A stretch of 32,000 bases of DNA, taken from contig NC_003272.1 of assembly GCF_000009705.1 (NCBI RefSeq), forward strand, positions 4,530,001 to 4,562,000. The letters run 5' to 3'. The stretch comes from Nostoc sp. PCC 7120 = FACHB-418. Its GTDB lineage: Bacteria > Cyanobacteriota > Cyanobacteriia > Cyanobacteriales > Nostocaceae. Positions within the stretch are counted from its first letter, which is position 1, and each line of letters begins with the position of its first letter. Shown here one piece after another: positions 17,403-25,490 of the stretch. The notes below the pieces were generated by a model, which saw only the letters and a program-made list of their open reading frames with translations, made no database searches and was not told the DNA's origin. A program made the position numbers and the translations under genes.

Positions 17403-17800
17403 GAAGTAGCTTGAAAGTGGCAATACACCTTGGACTCTGGAAAATAGGAAAAATAAAATTTAATAGATTGAAAGGAATATCAATGATGTGAACAACAAGA
17501 ACGTTGATCTATGCCGTACTTGGACTGTTAATCATTTCTATCCTCACAATTCCCATCAAGTTATCATAGGCAATTTTGCATCAGTTGCCAAAATGCCAAA
17601 ACTGACAAAATGAATCAATTCAAAGTACCCTACGGGAAGCAAGCTACAAAATTCAAAATAAAAAAATGCTGTTTCTGAGTATTTTAAAACAACATTCAAA
17701 AATAGTAGTACTATTTATTACATTTAAAGCTTGAGGATTTACCGTTACTACACCTGTAATCAATCAAGCCAATAACTAATACTGCTAGAGAAAATCCAAC

Positions 17801-19567
17801 ATGGGTATCTTGAATAAATTTTGTCAGGGTCAAATTTTTACTTGGTCGTTACTCAATATCTTTTTGCTTGCTGCTTGTTCTTCTCCTCAGGGGGAAACTC
17901 CTACAAACTCTACACCCGTAACAAACTCTAGTGCAGGGGAAACCTTACGTCTACTCTATTGGCAAGCACCAACTATACTCAATCCTCACCTAGCACAAGG
18001 ATCTAAAGACTTTGAAGCCAGTCGTATCGTCTATGAACCCCTGGCCAGCCATGATAAAGACGGTAAATTAGTGCTGTTTTTAGCCGCAGAGGAACCTACT
18101 CTAGAAAATGGTGGTATTGCCAAAGATGGCAAATCAGTTACCTGGAAACTCAAGCAAGGAATCAAATGGTCTGATGGTCAACCTTTTACGGCTGCGGATG
18201 TGGTATTTACTTACAAATTTCTCTCCAATCCGGCTGTCGGTGCTACCACCTCGGCTAATTACGAAGTCGTGAAAAGCGTCGAAGCCATCGACGATTACAC
18301 CGTCAAAGTTAATTTCCAGAGTCCTAACCCAGCTTGGTCACTACCTTTCGTGGGCTTAAATGGAATGATTATCCCCCGTCACATTTTCGAGAAATTTAAT
18401 GGTAGTAACGCCAGGGAAGCCCCAGGGAATTTAATTCCTGTAGGTACAGGCCCTTATAAAGTCGGAGAATTTAAACCCGGTGACACCATTATCTATGAGG
18501 CTAATTCTGTATTCCGTGAAGCCAATAAACCTTTCTTTAAGCGAGTAGAACTCAAGGGAGGTGGTGATGCGACATCAGCCGCTAGAGCAGTACTGCAAAC
18601 TGGAGATGTAGACTACGCTTGGAACTTGCAAGTAGAAGCCCCAATCCTCAAGCAACTAGAAGCAGCCGGTAAAGGGAGATTAGATATTAGTTTTGGTTCT
18701 TTTTTAGAACGGATTACTATCAATCATACCGATCCGAATAAACAAACAAAAGACGGCGAACGTTCCAGCACTGAATTTCCTCATCCTTTTTTCCAAGATA
18801 TCAAAGTGCGTCAAGCGTTTAACTATGCAATTGATCGGGACACAATTAATCAGCAATTATACGGATCAAGTGGTCGTCCTGCTGCCAATATCCTATTAGC
18901 ACCAGAGATTTATAACTCACCTAATACTAAATATGAATTTAGCCCCAAAAAAGCTATTGATTTATTAGATGAAGCTGGATGGAAAGATACAAATGGTAAT
19001 GGCATTCGAGATAAAAACGGTATAGAGATGAATGTTTTACTTCAGACATCTGTAAATCCAGTAAGACAAAAAACTCAGGAAATTATTAAACAAGGATTAA
19101 CCTCTATTGGTGTCGGGGTGGAACTAAAAAGTATTGATGGTAGTATCTTCTTTTCTGGAGATCCATCGAACCCAGATACCTTAGGAAGGTTTCAAGCTGA
19201 TTTACAAATGTTTAGTACAGGTAGTACGAATGTAGACCCTGGTGCTTATATGAAAGGCTTTACTTGTAGCGAGATTTCCCAGAAAAAGAATAACTGGTCA
19301 AAATCCAATTATTCACGTTACTGTAATCCTGAATATGACAAGCTCTGGCAACAGTCCAACACAGAATTAAATCCTGAAAAACGTCGGCAGCTATTTATTC
19401 AGATGAATGATTTGCTATTCAAAGATATTGCCCTAATTCCCTTGATTGCCCGTGCTGATGTCAATGGCGTGAGCAATAGACTAGTCGGTGTAGATTTAAC
19501 TCCTTGGGATACCGATACGTGGAATATTAAAGATTGGCGACAAGTCCAGCCTCTTGGTAACAGGTAA
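17801..19567 (+). CDS. ABC-transporter substrate-binding lipoprotein, family 5 (peptide/nickel/opine type)
   Basis: 588 aa. The signal peptide carries a lipobox (LLAAC|SS). Size and sequence blocks (e.g. KWSDGQPFTAADVVFTY, GTGPYKV, DYAWN) are typical of OppA/DppA/NikA-like SBPs. No permease or ATPase genes are present in the window. Confidence 0.85.
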   Translation: MGILNKFCQGQIFTWSLLNIFLLAACSSPQGETPTNSTPVTNSSAGETLRLLYWQAPTILNPHLAQGSKDFEASRIVYEPLASHDKDGKLVLFLAAEEPTLENGGIAKDGKSVTWKLKQGIKWSDGQPFTAADVVFTYKFLSNPAVGATTSANYEVVKSVEAIDDYTVKVNFQSPNPAWSLPFVGLNGMIIPRHIFEKFNGSNAREAPGNLIPVGTGPYKVGEFKPGDTIIYEANSVFREANKPFFKRVELKGGGDATSAARAVLQTGDVDYAWNLQVEAPILKQLEAAGKGRLDISFGSFLERITINHTDPNKQTKDGERSSTEFPHPFFQDIKVRQAFNYAIDRDTINQQLYGSSGRPAANILLAPEIYNSPNTKYEFSPKKAIDLLDEAGWKDTNGNGIRDKNGIEMNVLLQTSVNPVRQKTQEIIKQGLTSIGVGVELKSIDGSIFFSGDPSNPDTLGRFQADLQMFSTGSTNVDPGAYMKGFTCSEISQKKNNWSKSNYSRYCNPEYDKLWQQSNTELNPEKRRQLFIQMNDLLFKDIALIPLIARADVNGVSNRLVGVDLTPWDTDTWNIKDWRQVQPLGNR

Positions 19568-19637
19568 TTGGAATATTCTCATTACTTATTACATCAATCT
19601 CAAGCTAGAAATTCAATTTTTTAATTTATAGCTTGAG

Positions 19638-19643
19638 TATAAT
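19638..19643 (+). promoter_or_regulatory. Candidate -10 box (TATAAT) upstream of the small peptide ORF
   Basis: A perfect TATAAT lies about 75 nt upstream of the ATG at 19719. It immediately follows a 9-bp inverted repeat, CTCAAGCTA (19599-19607) / TAGCTTGAG (19629-19637). The -35 region is only weakly TTG-like. Confidence 0.3.
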
Positions 19644-19718
19644 TTAATCTCTGCAAAATCCTACTTATATAAAACCATAGGTGTTATTTACCTATTGACG
19701 TAAGTGAGGCTAACAATC

Positions 19719-19895
19719 ATGTCAAATCAAATTTTTGTATCAGATTTACTCATGGATTTATCCGCAGAGGAACAGCAATTTCTTGCTGGGGGTCAAGACC
19801 GTAGAGATGAAGAATTCCAAAGAGATAGAGGTGATAGAGGTGATAGAAGAAATAGATACTTCTGTCGCTACTGCTATGATTGTCGCCGTGACTAA
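19719..19895 (+). CDS. Small secreted-peptide precursor candidate with a double-glycine leader and an Arg/Asp-rich, CxxCxxC core
   Basis: 58 codons: MSNQIFVSDLLMDLSAEEQQFLAGG | QDRRDEEFQRDRGDRGDRRNRYFCRYCYDCRRD. The ATG at 19719 is preceded by GTGAGG (19704-19709). The leader LSAEEQQFLAGG fits the LSxxELxxIxGG-type double-glycine consensus. A hairpin lies downstream at 19935-19957. The ORF-track version (19704, GTG) is 5 codons longer. Confidence 0.6.
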   Translation: MSNQIFVSDLLMDLSAEEQQFLAGGQDRRDEEFQRDRGDRGDRRNRYFCRYCYDCRRD

Positions 19896-19934
19896 ACTTG
19901 TTAGTTATAGCTGTGTTGACTGTTGACAGATTTT

Positions 19935-19963
19935 AAATCCTTTGATTGTCAGGATTTTATCTT
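19935..19963 (+). terminator. Possible intrinsic terminator after the small peptide ORF
   Basis: AAATCCT (19935-19941) pairs with AGGATTT (19951-19957) across a 9-nt loop, followed by TATCTT. The stem is AT-rich, so this is a weak terminator. Confidence 0.4.
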
Positions 19964-20032
19964 AGCTTGATGTCTTGATCTATCTGGCTACAGCTATAAC
20001 ACCAAATTCTATAATCCTGTCGGCAAGTGGAT

Positions 20033-20091
20033 GATAGTAGAAGGGTATGGAATTATCCTTCTACTATCGTATTTATTGCATTCTTTTTTTT
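20033..20091. terminator. 12-bp hairpin between the peptide ORF and the convergent kinase gene, followed by a T-run on the plus strand
   Basis: GATAGTAGAAGG (20033-20044) pairs with CCTTCTACTATC (20057-20068) across a 12-nt loop. A T9 run sits about 12 nt downstream (20083-20091). The spacing from stem to T-run is non-canonical. Confidence 0.35.
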
Positions 20092-20133
20092 AAATTACAA
20101 TAACTTAATTTCAGAAGTCCGAGAAATTCTTCC

Positions 20134-21243
20134 TCAAATATTTTTAGGCAGTTTGACTGTGAATTTACTACCTTTACCTACTTCAGAAACCAAGCTAATC
20201 ATACCTTCGTGGGCTTCAACAATACGACTGGACAAATGCAGACCTAAACCACTACCTGAACGTTTATTCCTTCCCTGTCGAAAGCGCTCAAAAATGGTTA
20301 CTTGGTCTTCGGGAGCAATACCATAACCAGTATCTTCAATTTCAATTGTTAACCAATGATTATTGGGTTCAAAAAAGCGAATTTCAATGCCGCCAGTATC
20401 TGTAAACTTGATGGCATTTGCTACTAAGTTGTACAACACGCGGCGTAGTTCGAGGGTATCGCCCATGACTATACCTGCTTTTTCTCCTAAGTTATCTATC
20501 TGACTGCTATCTATTTTTAAGGCGATACCTTTTTCATTAGTTAGAGTTGTGAGTTCGCTAACCACTTCTTGAGCGATTTCTTTTAAGTTACAGCTTTCAT
20601 AATTTAATGTTTTCTTACCGGCTTCAAAGCGATAAACTTCTAGTAAGGTATTAACCATCTGCATCAAATTTTGATTGCTGCGAATCATGACAGCGATCGC
20701 CTGTTTCATTTCTGGCGAAATTTTGCAAAAAGCTTCTTGTTGAAACAAGTCCAACATCCGATCGGCTGCTACTAGCGGTGTGCGTAAATCGTGGGTCAGG
20801 CGTGACACAAAGTCTTCCCTTTGGCGTGCCATTTTCTTTTGTTCGTCCAGACTGTGCTTGAGGCGTAGGAGCGATCGCACTCTAGCCAATAGTTCATCTG
20901 TATCAAATGGTTTGCGAATGAAATCATCCGCGCCTACGTCCAAACCTTCCACAACACTCGATTCGTGAAAAGCTGTAATCAACAATATTGGTATATAACT
21001 GAGGGCTGGGTTATTGCGAATGCGTCGCGTCACTTCATAACCATCCATCCCCGGCATCATTACATCTAATAAGATTAAATCTGGTGGAGACTGTTCTACT
21101 TTTTGCAAAGCTGAAATGCCATCACTGGCTAAATCAATTTCATAGCCTTCACTTTCTAAAATTGTTTGCACTAAAATCAGATTATCTCTAGTGTCGTCAA
21201 CAGCCAAAATTCGATCAATTTGATGATTTTCCACAACAGACAT
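20134..21243 (-). CDS. Hybrid REC-HisKA-HATPase histidine kinase (N-terminal receiver)
   Basis: 369 aa. REC motifs are ILAVDDTRDN...LILLDVMMPGMDG...KP. The H-box is LTHDLRTPL. HATPase motifs are NLVANAIKFT, DTGYGI and GSGLGLHL. Confidence 0.9.
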   Translation of the reverse strand: MSVVENHQIDRILAVDDTRDNLILVQTILESEGYEIDLASDGISALQKVEQSPPDLILLDVMMPGMDGYEVTRRIRNNPALSYIPILLITAFHESSVVEGLDVGADDFIRKPFDTDELLARVRSLLRLKHSLDEQKKMARQREDFVSRLTHDLRTPLVAADRMLDLFQQEAFCKISPEMKQAIAVMIRSNQNLMQMVNTLLEVYRFEAGKKTLNYESCNLKEIAQEVVSELTTLTNEKGIALKIDSSQIDNLGEKAGIVMGDTLELRRVLYNLVANAIKFTDTGGIEIRFFEPNNHWLTIEIEDTGYGIAPEDQVTIFERFRQGRNKRSGSGLGLHLSSRIVEAHEGMISLVSEVGKGSKFTVKLPKNI

Positions 21244-21272
21244 GATAATAAATTTGTTTTATATATATAAAT

Positions 21273-22604
21273 TTATAACTTAAGATTATGATATTTTCTG
21301 GCGGTTGGGTTGGATTTAGCCGTAGGGTGGTGTACTTTGTGATCTGGCTGCATCATTTCTTTCGCATCTTGCACAGATGATGAAGATAGAGATGAATTTG
21401 ATAATGGCAATTGTCTTGGCAATGTAATGGTAAAAATTGAACCTACTCCCAATTGACTTTCTAGGAAAATTTTACCACTCATCATTTGCACTAATGAGTC
21501 GATAATTGCCAATCCCAAACCTGTCCCTGGATACTTGCGAGTAATGCTTTGATCAACTTGTCGAAAAGCCTCAAAAATATATTTAAAATCTTTAGCTGCT
21601 ATACCAATACCTGTATCTTTTACTTTAATTTCCACCCAACTTCCTGGTAAGTCTTTTACGTCGATCCAAATACTACCAGAGTCTGTGAACTTAATGGCAT
21701 TAGATAATAAATTTATTAAAATTTGTTTAATTCGTACTGGATCATTTACTAGCAAAGAATTTTGTAAGTCAATCTGCACTAGCAAAGACAACTTTTTTGC
21801 CTCAGCTAGAGAACGCATTTCCATAACTACGGCGTTAATGACTTTAGTTAAATCAAATAATTCTGGCTTCAGTTCTAATCTTCCTTCTTCCAATTTGGAG
21901 AAGTCTAAAACTTCGTTTAATAGCATCAGTAAATGTTTGCCGTTATTCAAAATACGTTCTACCATGTCGGCTTGCTGACCTGTGAGATTACCGAATTTAG
22001 GGCGTGATAGTATCTGAGCAAAACCGATAATCGCGTTCATTGGTGTCCTTAATTCATGGGACATGGTAGCGAGAAATTGAGATTTCAGCCGCGATGCTTC
22101 GAGCAATTTTAAGTTTTGAATTTGGATTTGTTGCCGTTGTCGTTCTAATTCTTGATTTTTTCGCACCAGTTGCTCATGACTTTCTCTCAGTTGTTGGTAG
22201 GCAATAGTAGTCTGCATTTCCGCACGATAAAGCCGTATCGCATTGCGTAAAACTTGAGCTAAAGTTTCTGATGAGACTCTAAATTTAGATAGGTAATCTG
22301 TTGCACCAGCTTTCATTAACTCCACAGCAATTTGTTCATCACCTTGAGAAGTCAAAACTACTAAAGGAATTTTGATATTTAAGCCACGAATTGTTTCGAT
22401 TAAGTTCAAACCGTCTTGGTCGGGTAAACGATAGTCGATAAAGGCACAATCAAAAGACCTATGTCTTAAGATAGAGAGTGCCGTACTTCCATCACTTACC
22501 TCTGACATTTCCATGCGTACCCCAGCTTTAACCAAGGCACGGCGGACTGCCATACGGTCTACTTCATCATCGTCTACAACCAAAATCTTGAGCGTTTCTT
22601 CCAT
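21273..22604 (-). CDS. Hybrid REC-coiled coil-HisKA-HATPase histidine kinase (N-terminal receiver)
   Basis: 443 aa. REC motifs are ILVVDDDEVD...FIDYRLPDQDG. The H-box is MSHELRTPMNAI. HATPase motifs are NLLSNAIKFT, DTGIGI and GTGLGLAI. It lies 29 bp upstream of the next kinase gene. Confidence 0.9.
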   Translation of the reverse strand: MEETLKILVVDDDEVDRMAVRRALVKAGVRMEMSEVSDGSTALSILRHRSFDCAFIDYRLPDQDGLNLIETIRGLNIKIPLVVLTSQGDEQIAVELMKAGATDYLSKFRVSSETLAQVLRNAIRLYRAEMQTTIAYQQLRESHEQLVRKNQELERQRQQIQIQNLKLLEASRLKSQFLATMSHELRTPMNAIIGFAQILSRPKFGNLTGQQADMVERILNNGKHLLMLLNEVLDFSKLEEGRLELKPELFDLTKVINAVVMEMRSLAEAKKLSLLVQIDLQNSLLVNDPVRIKQILINLLSNAIKFTDSGSIWIDVKDLPGSWVEIKVKDTGIGIAAKDFKYIFEAFRQVDQSITRKYPGTGLGLAIIDSLVQMMSGKIFLESQLGVGSIFTITLPRQLPLSNSSLSSSSVQDAKEMMQPDHKVHHPTAKSNPTARKYHNLKL

Positions 22605-22854
22605 CGGTTTTTATATTTGCTGCCAAATACAGGTTGATTTCAAACATTTCTCGGTTCAACTTGTTCAACTAAAAATTAGAGCCTCTTGAATATAGTCTTG
22701 GTTAATTCTTATATTTGATTTGAGCAAGGCTGATTCTCAATATCAAAGATAAAAATTAGTGTTTCTCATTTTGTTTAGATCAATTTAATAGGGCATAATT
22801 CATGTTACTGAAAAATACGATAGTCTCGGCTCACAAAATCTGTTGTTACACAGA

Positions 22855-23286
22855 CTAAGGCATTTCACAGAATACCCAATATTTATTGAGTGCTGCTATT
22901 ATTTCTACAAAATTGGAGAATGTGACGGGCTTGAGGATATAACCAGCAACGTTTAAGTTGTAAGCTTCCACACGGTCTTTATCTTGGTTTGATGTCGTCA
23001 TCACAACTACAGGCGTTAGTCGTAGTTGGGGATCGGATCTTAATTCCTGCAAGAATTCAATACCACCCATTCTAGGCATATTCAAGTCTAGCAAAATTAG
23101 GCGACGTTCATGGGGGAAAGTTGGCGTTTGGGCATGATCGCCACGCAAAATCTTTAAAGCCTCTAAGCCATTATTTGCTAAATAAATAGGATTAGTAATA
23201 TTAACTTTTTTGAATGCTCGTTTGACATTCATGACATCAACTTCATCATCCTCCACTAATAGTATGTTAATCACTCTTTCCTGCAT
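22855..23286 (-). CDS. Single-domain CheY-like response regulator
   Basis: 143 aa consisting of a REC domain only: ILLVEDDEVD...LLDLNMPRMGG...GYILKP. It resembles the stand-alone receivers often paired with cyanobacterial sensor kinases. Confidence 0.9.
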   Translation of the reverse strand: MQERVINILLVEDDEVDVMNVKRAFKKVNITNPIYLANNGLEALKILRGDHAQTPTFPHERRLILLDLNMPRMGGIEFLQELRSDPQLRLTPVVVMTTSNQDKDRVEAYNLNVAGYILKPVTFSNFVEIIAALNKYWVFCEMP

Positions 23287-23523
23287 TTTTTGTATTTAAA
23301 CTATGCTTTTTATGGGAGGCTAGCTAATTCGTGAATAGTTATTCATGAATTAGTAATGAGTACTATAAAAATGCTGAGTGCTTGTGCAGACTAAGCTTTT
23401 ACTAAGTAAAATACAATACTTGAGTGAAGCTTCAACCCAATTGTAAAAGAGCGACTGAACGCACGTCCTCACCCATTAGTGAGAGTTGGAGAAAATCATT
23501 GTGTACCATAAGCTTGAGCTATT

Positions 23524-25050
23524 TTACTCAAGAGAACGTTTAGGCCAAGTAAAACGAAATGTACTACCAGGCCCGGAGACAGGCTGCAAATTTATGGAAC
23601 CCCCTTCCGTTTCGACAATTTTTTTGACGATCGCCAAGCCAATTCCCGTATTTTCTTTGCGATCGCGCGGTTCGAGAGTTTGGAAAATTACAAAAACCTT
23701 GTCGTGATATTCTACAGGTATGCCAGGGCCATCATCTTCTACACTAAATTCGTAGTATTTGCCCAAATCTCGCACCGAAATTTTTACCCTACCATCAACC
23801 CGTGTGTGGTGTTCAATTGCATTTTCGATTAAGTTAGCGAACACCTGTTGTAAGGGAACTCTCTTTGTGACTAAAGTAGGCATTTCTGTCTGGATTTGAA
23901 TATGAAAACTTGCCGGTGGTTGCAACGAGTCGATTACTTCCCTGAGTAATGAGTCCACATTGACCTGTGTTAATTCTGTGTGGACGCGGCCAATACGCGA
24001 ATATTCCAGTAGACCATTAATTAAGGCTTCCATGCGCCGCACCCGACCCCGCAACAATTGCATTTGATGTTGATTTTCTTCGGGAAGCTGGTCGGCGAGG
24101 TCTTCTTCTAACCATTCTGATAAACTAGCGATCGCCCGTAAAGGCGCTTTTAAATCATGGGATGCAACATAAGCAAACTGGTCTAATTCTTGATTGCGTT
24201 GTTGCAACAACGTGGTAGTTTTCGCCAGGATAGTGTTTAAGCGTGTCAGTTGTTTAGTTCGTTGTTGGAGTGTAATTTCTACTTGCTTACGTGGGTTAAT
24301 ATCAACGCAGGAACCTACATAACCAGCGAAACTACCATCTGAATTAAATCTGGGTGTACCTGTATCAAAAATCCAGCGATATTGACCATCAAAACGTTTG
24401 AGGCGATACTCCATCATGAAAACTTCTCGATGGTCGAAAGCTGTAGTATATGTGTGAATACAACGTTCTCGGTCTTCTGGATGTACCCCTTCTACCCAAC
24501 CATTACCTAATTCTTCTGCCATTGTGCGTCCTGTGAAGTCTAGCCAGCCTTGATTAAAAAAATTGCAGAGTTTGTCTAGTCCTGACATCCAAATCATCAC
24601 AGGCGCGCTATTCGCCATAATTGCGAATCTTCCTTCACTCTCGCGCAATGCTTCTTCTATCTGGTGACGTTCACTAATATCCACTACTGTGCCGATATAG
24701 CCGACTATCCGCCCATCTTCATCAATTTCTACTACTGCTTCTGACAGTACCCAAGTAATTTTGCCTTGAGGATCTTGTAAGCGCAACTCAGTTTTATCTG
24801 ACTTCTGCTTTGACAAAATTAACTGGGCTTGCGTTTCTACAAGTTTCAAATCATCTGGATGAATAGCTACTTGCCAACCTCGACCCAATGATTGTTTTTT
24901 AGAAAGACCAGACATTTCACACCAACGCTCGTTGACATAAAGACAATTACCCAATAAGTCTGCACGCAATATGCCAACGGGGGCTATTCTTGCTATATTT
25001 TCAGAGTGGCGATCGCTCTCTGGAGTTGTTTGATTGCTTGTAGTTATCAT
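23524..25050 (-). CDS. PAS-PAS sensor histidine kinase (soluble)
   Basis: There are two PAS/PAC-like repeats (NERWCEMSGL...; FNQGWLDFTGR...). The H-box is VASHDLKAPLRAI. HATPase motifs are NLIENAIEHH, DDGPGI and GIGLAIVKKI. I place the start at the ATG at 25050 (MITTSNQ...), which has AAGGA 7 nt upstream. The track start at 25101 is a TTG. Confidence 0.85.
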   Translation of the reverse strand: MITTSNQTTPESDRHSENIARIAPVGILRADLLGNCLYVNERWCEMSGLSKKQSLGRGWQVAIHPDDLKLVETQAQLILSKQKSDKTELRLQDPQGKITWVLSEAVVEIDEDGRIVGYIGTVVDISERHQIEEALRESEGRFAIMANSAPVMIWMSGLDKLCNFFNQGWLDFTGRTMAEELGNGWVEGVHPEDRERCIHTYTTAFDHREVFMMEYRLKRFDGQYRWIFDTGTPRFNSDGSFAGYVGSCVDINPRKQVEITLQQRTKQLTRLNTILAKTTTLLQQRNQELDQFAYVASHDLKAPLRAIASLSEWLEEDLADQLPEENQHQMQLLRGRVRRMEALINGLLEYSRIGRVHTELTQVNVDSLLREVIDSLQPPASFHIQIQTEMPTLVTKRVPLQQVFANLIENAIEHHTRVDGRVKISVRDLGKYYEFSVEDDGPGIPVEYHDKVFVIFQTLEPRDRKENTGIGLAIVKKIVETEGGSINLQPVSGPGSTFRFTWPKRSLE

Positions 25051-25490
25051 ACAAACATCCTTCATAAAAATTCGACAAGACAATATCCCCAACTTCTTCA
25101 AGAAGTCGGGGATCTGAGTAATCAGACTTTGTGTTTATATTCCTGATACAAATTATCCACCTATTAATATTTACTACCTTACTTTCATAAAGTTGACAAT
25201 ACTTCGTCATAAGATGAAATTAAATTTAAAACATTACTACCCAGAAATGATTTTACCTTTGCCAAAACCAATATATTGTCACAGTATTCTATATTTTCTT
25301 GTAAAATAGCGATATATCTATAGCCAGATTTTTATCTCTATCTAGACCCAAAAAAAATAGATTTATTATTTCTATCGGTGGATGCAGGCGCATCAAGATA
25401 TCATCTATCTTTGGTTTGGGAAAATAATAGAAGTGACTGAAAAAATAGCTTAGTTTGCAAGAAGCAATTAGACAAAGAGTGAGTGTAACG

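Noticed and set aside
17534-17552. The plus-strand TATCCTCACAAT partially resembles the conserved ACUCCUCACAC loop of the cyanobacterial sRNA Yfr1.
   Set aside because: The match is only partial. There are no flanking stem-loops or a plus-strand terminator, and the terminators in this gap are on the opposite strand.
19824-19850. RGDRGDR in the peptide core is reminiscent of the RGSGR/RGTGR pentapeptide of the heterocyst-pattern inhibitors PatS, HetN and PatX. It is also reminiscent of integrin-binding RGD.
   Set aside because: The motif does not match RG(S/T)GR, because Asp replaces Ser/Thr-Gly. It arises from a 9-bp DNA repeat. Similarity is too short to claim a HetR-directed function. It is worth testing only as part of the peptide finding.
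19704-19926. Two other readings of the small-peptide locus: the GTG-extended version (19704) and the +1-frame 63-aa ORF 19735-19926 (MYQIYSWIYPQRNSNF...).
   Set aside because: The GTG at 19704 is itself the likely SD-like element (GTGAGG) for the ATG at 19719. The alternative frame has no leader-like or other motif, and it is the shadow of the repeat-containing frame.
20027-20326. 99-aa plus-strand ORF spanning the hairpin region and running antisense into the 3' end of the REC-kinase gene.
   Set aside because: It mostly overlaps a well-supported minus-strand gene. Its N-terminal part covers the hairpin and T-run, and it has no motifs.
23486-23707. 73-aa plus-strand ORF antisense to the 3' end of the PAS kinase.
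   Set aside because: It lies antisense within the conserved HATPase-coding region and has no independent signals.
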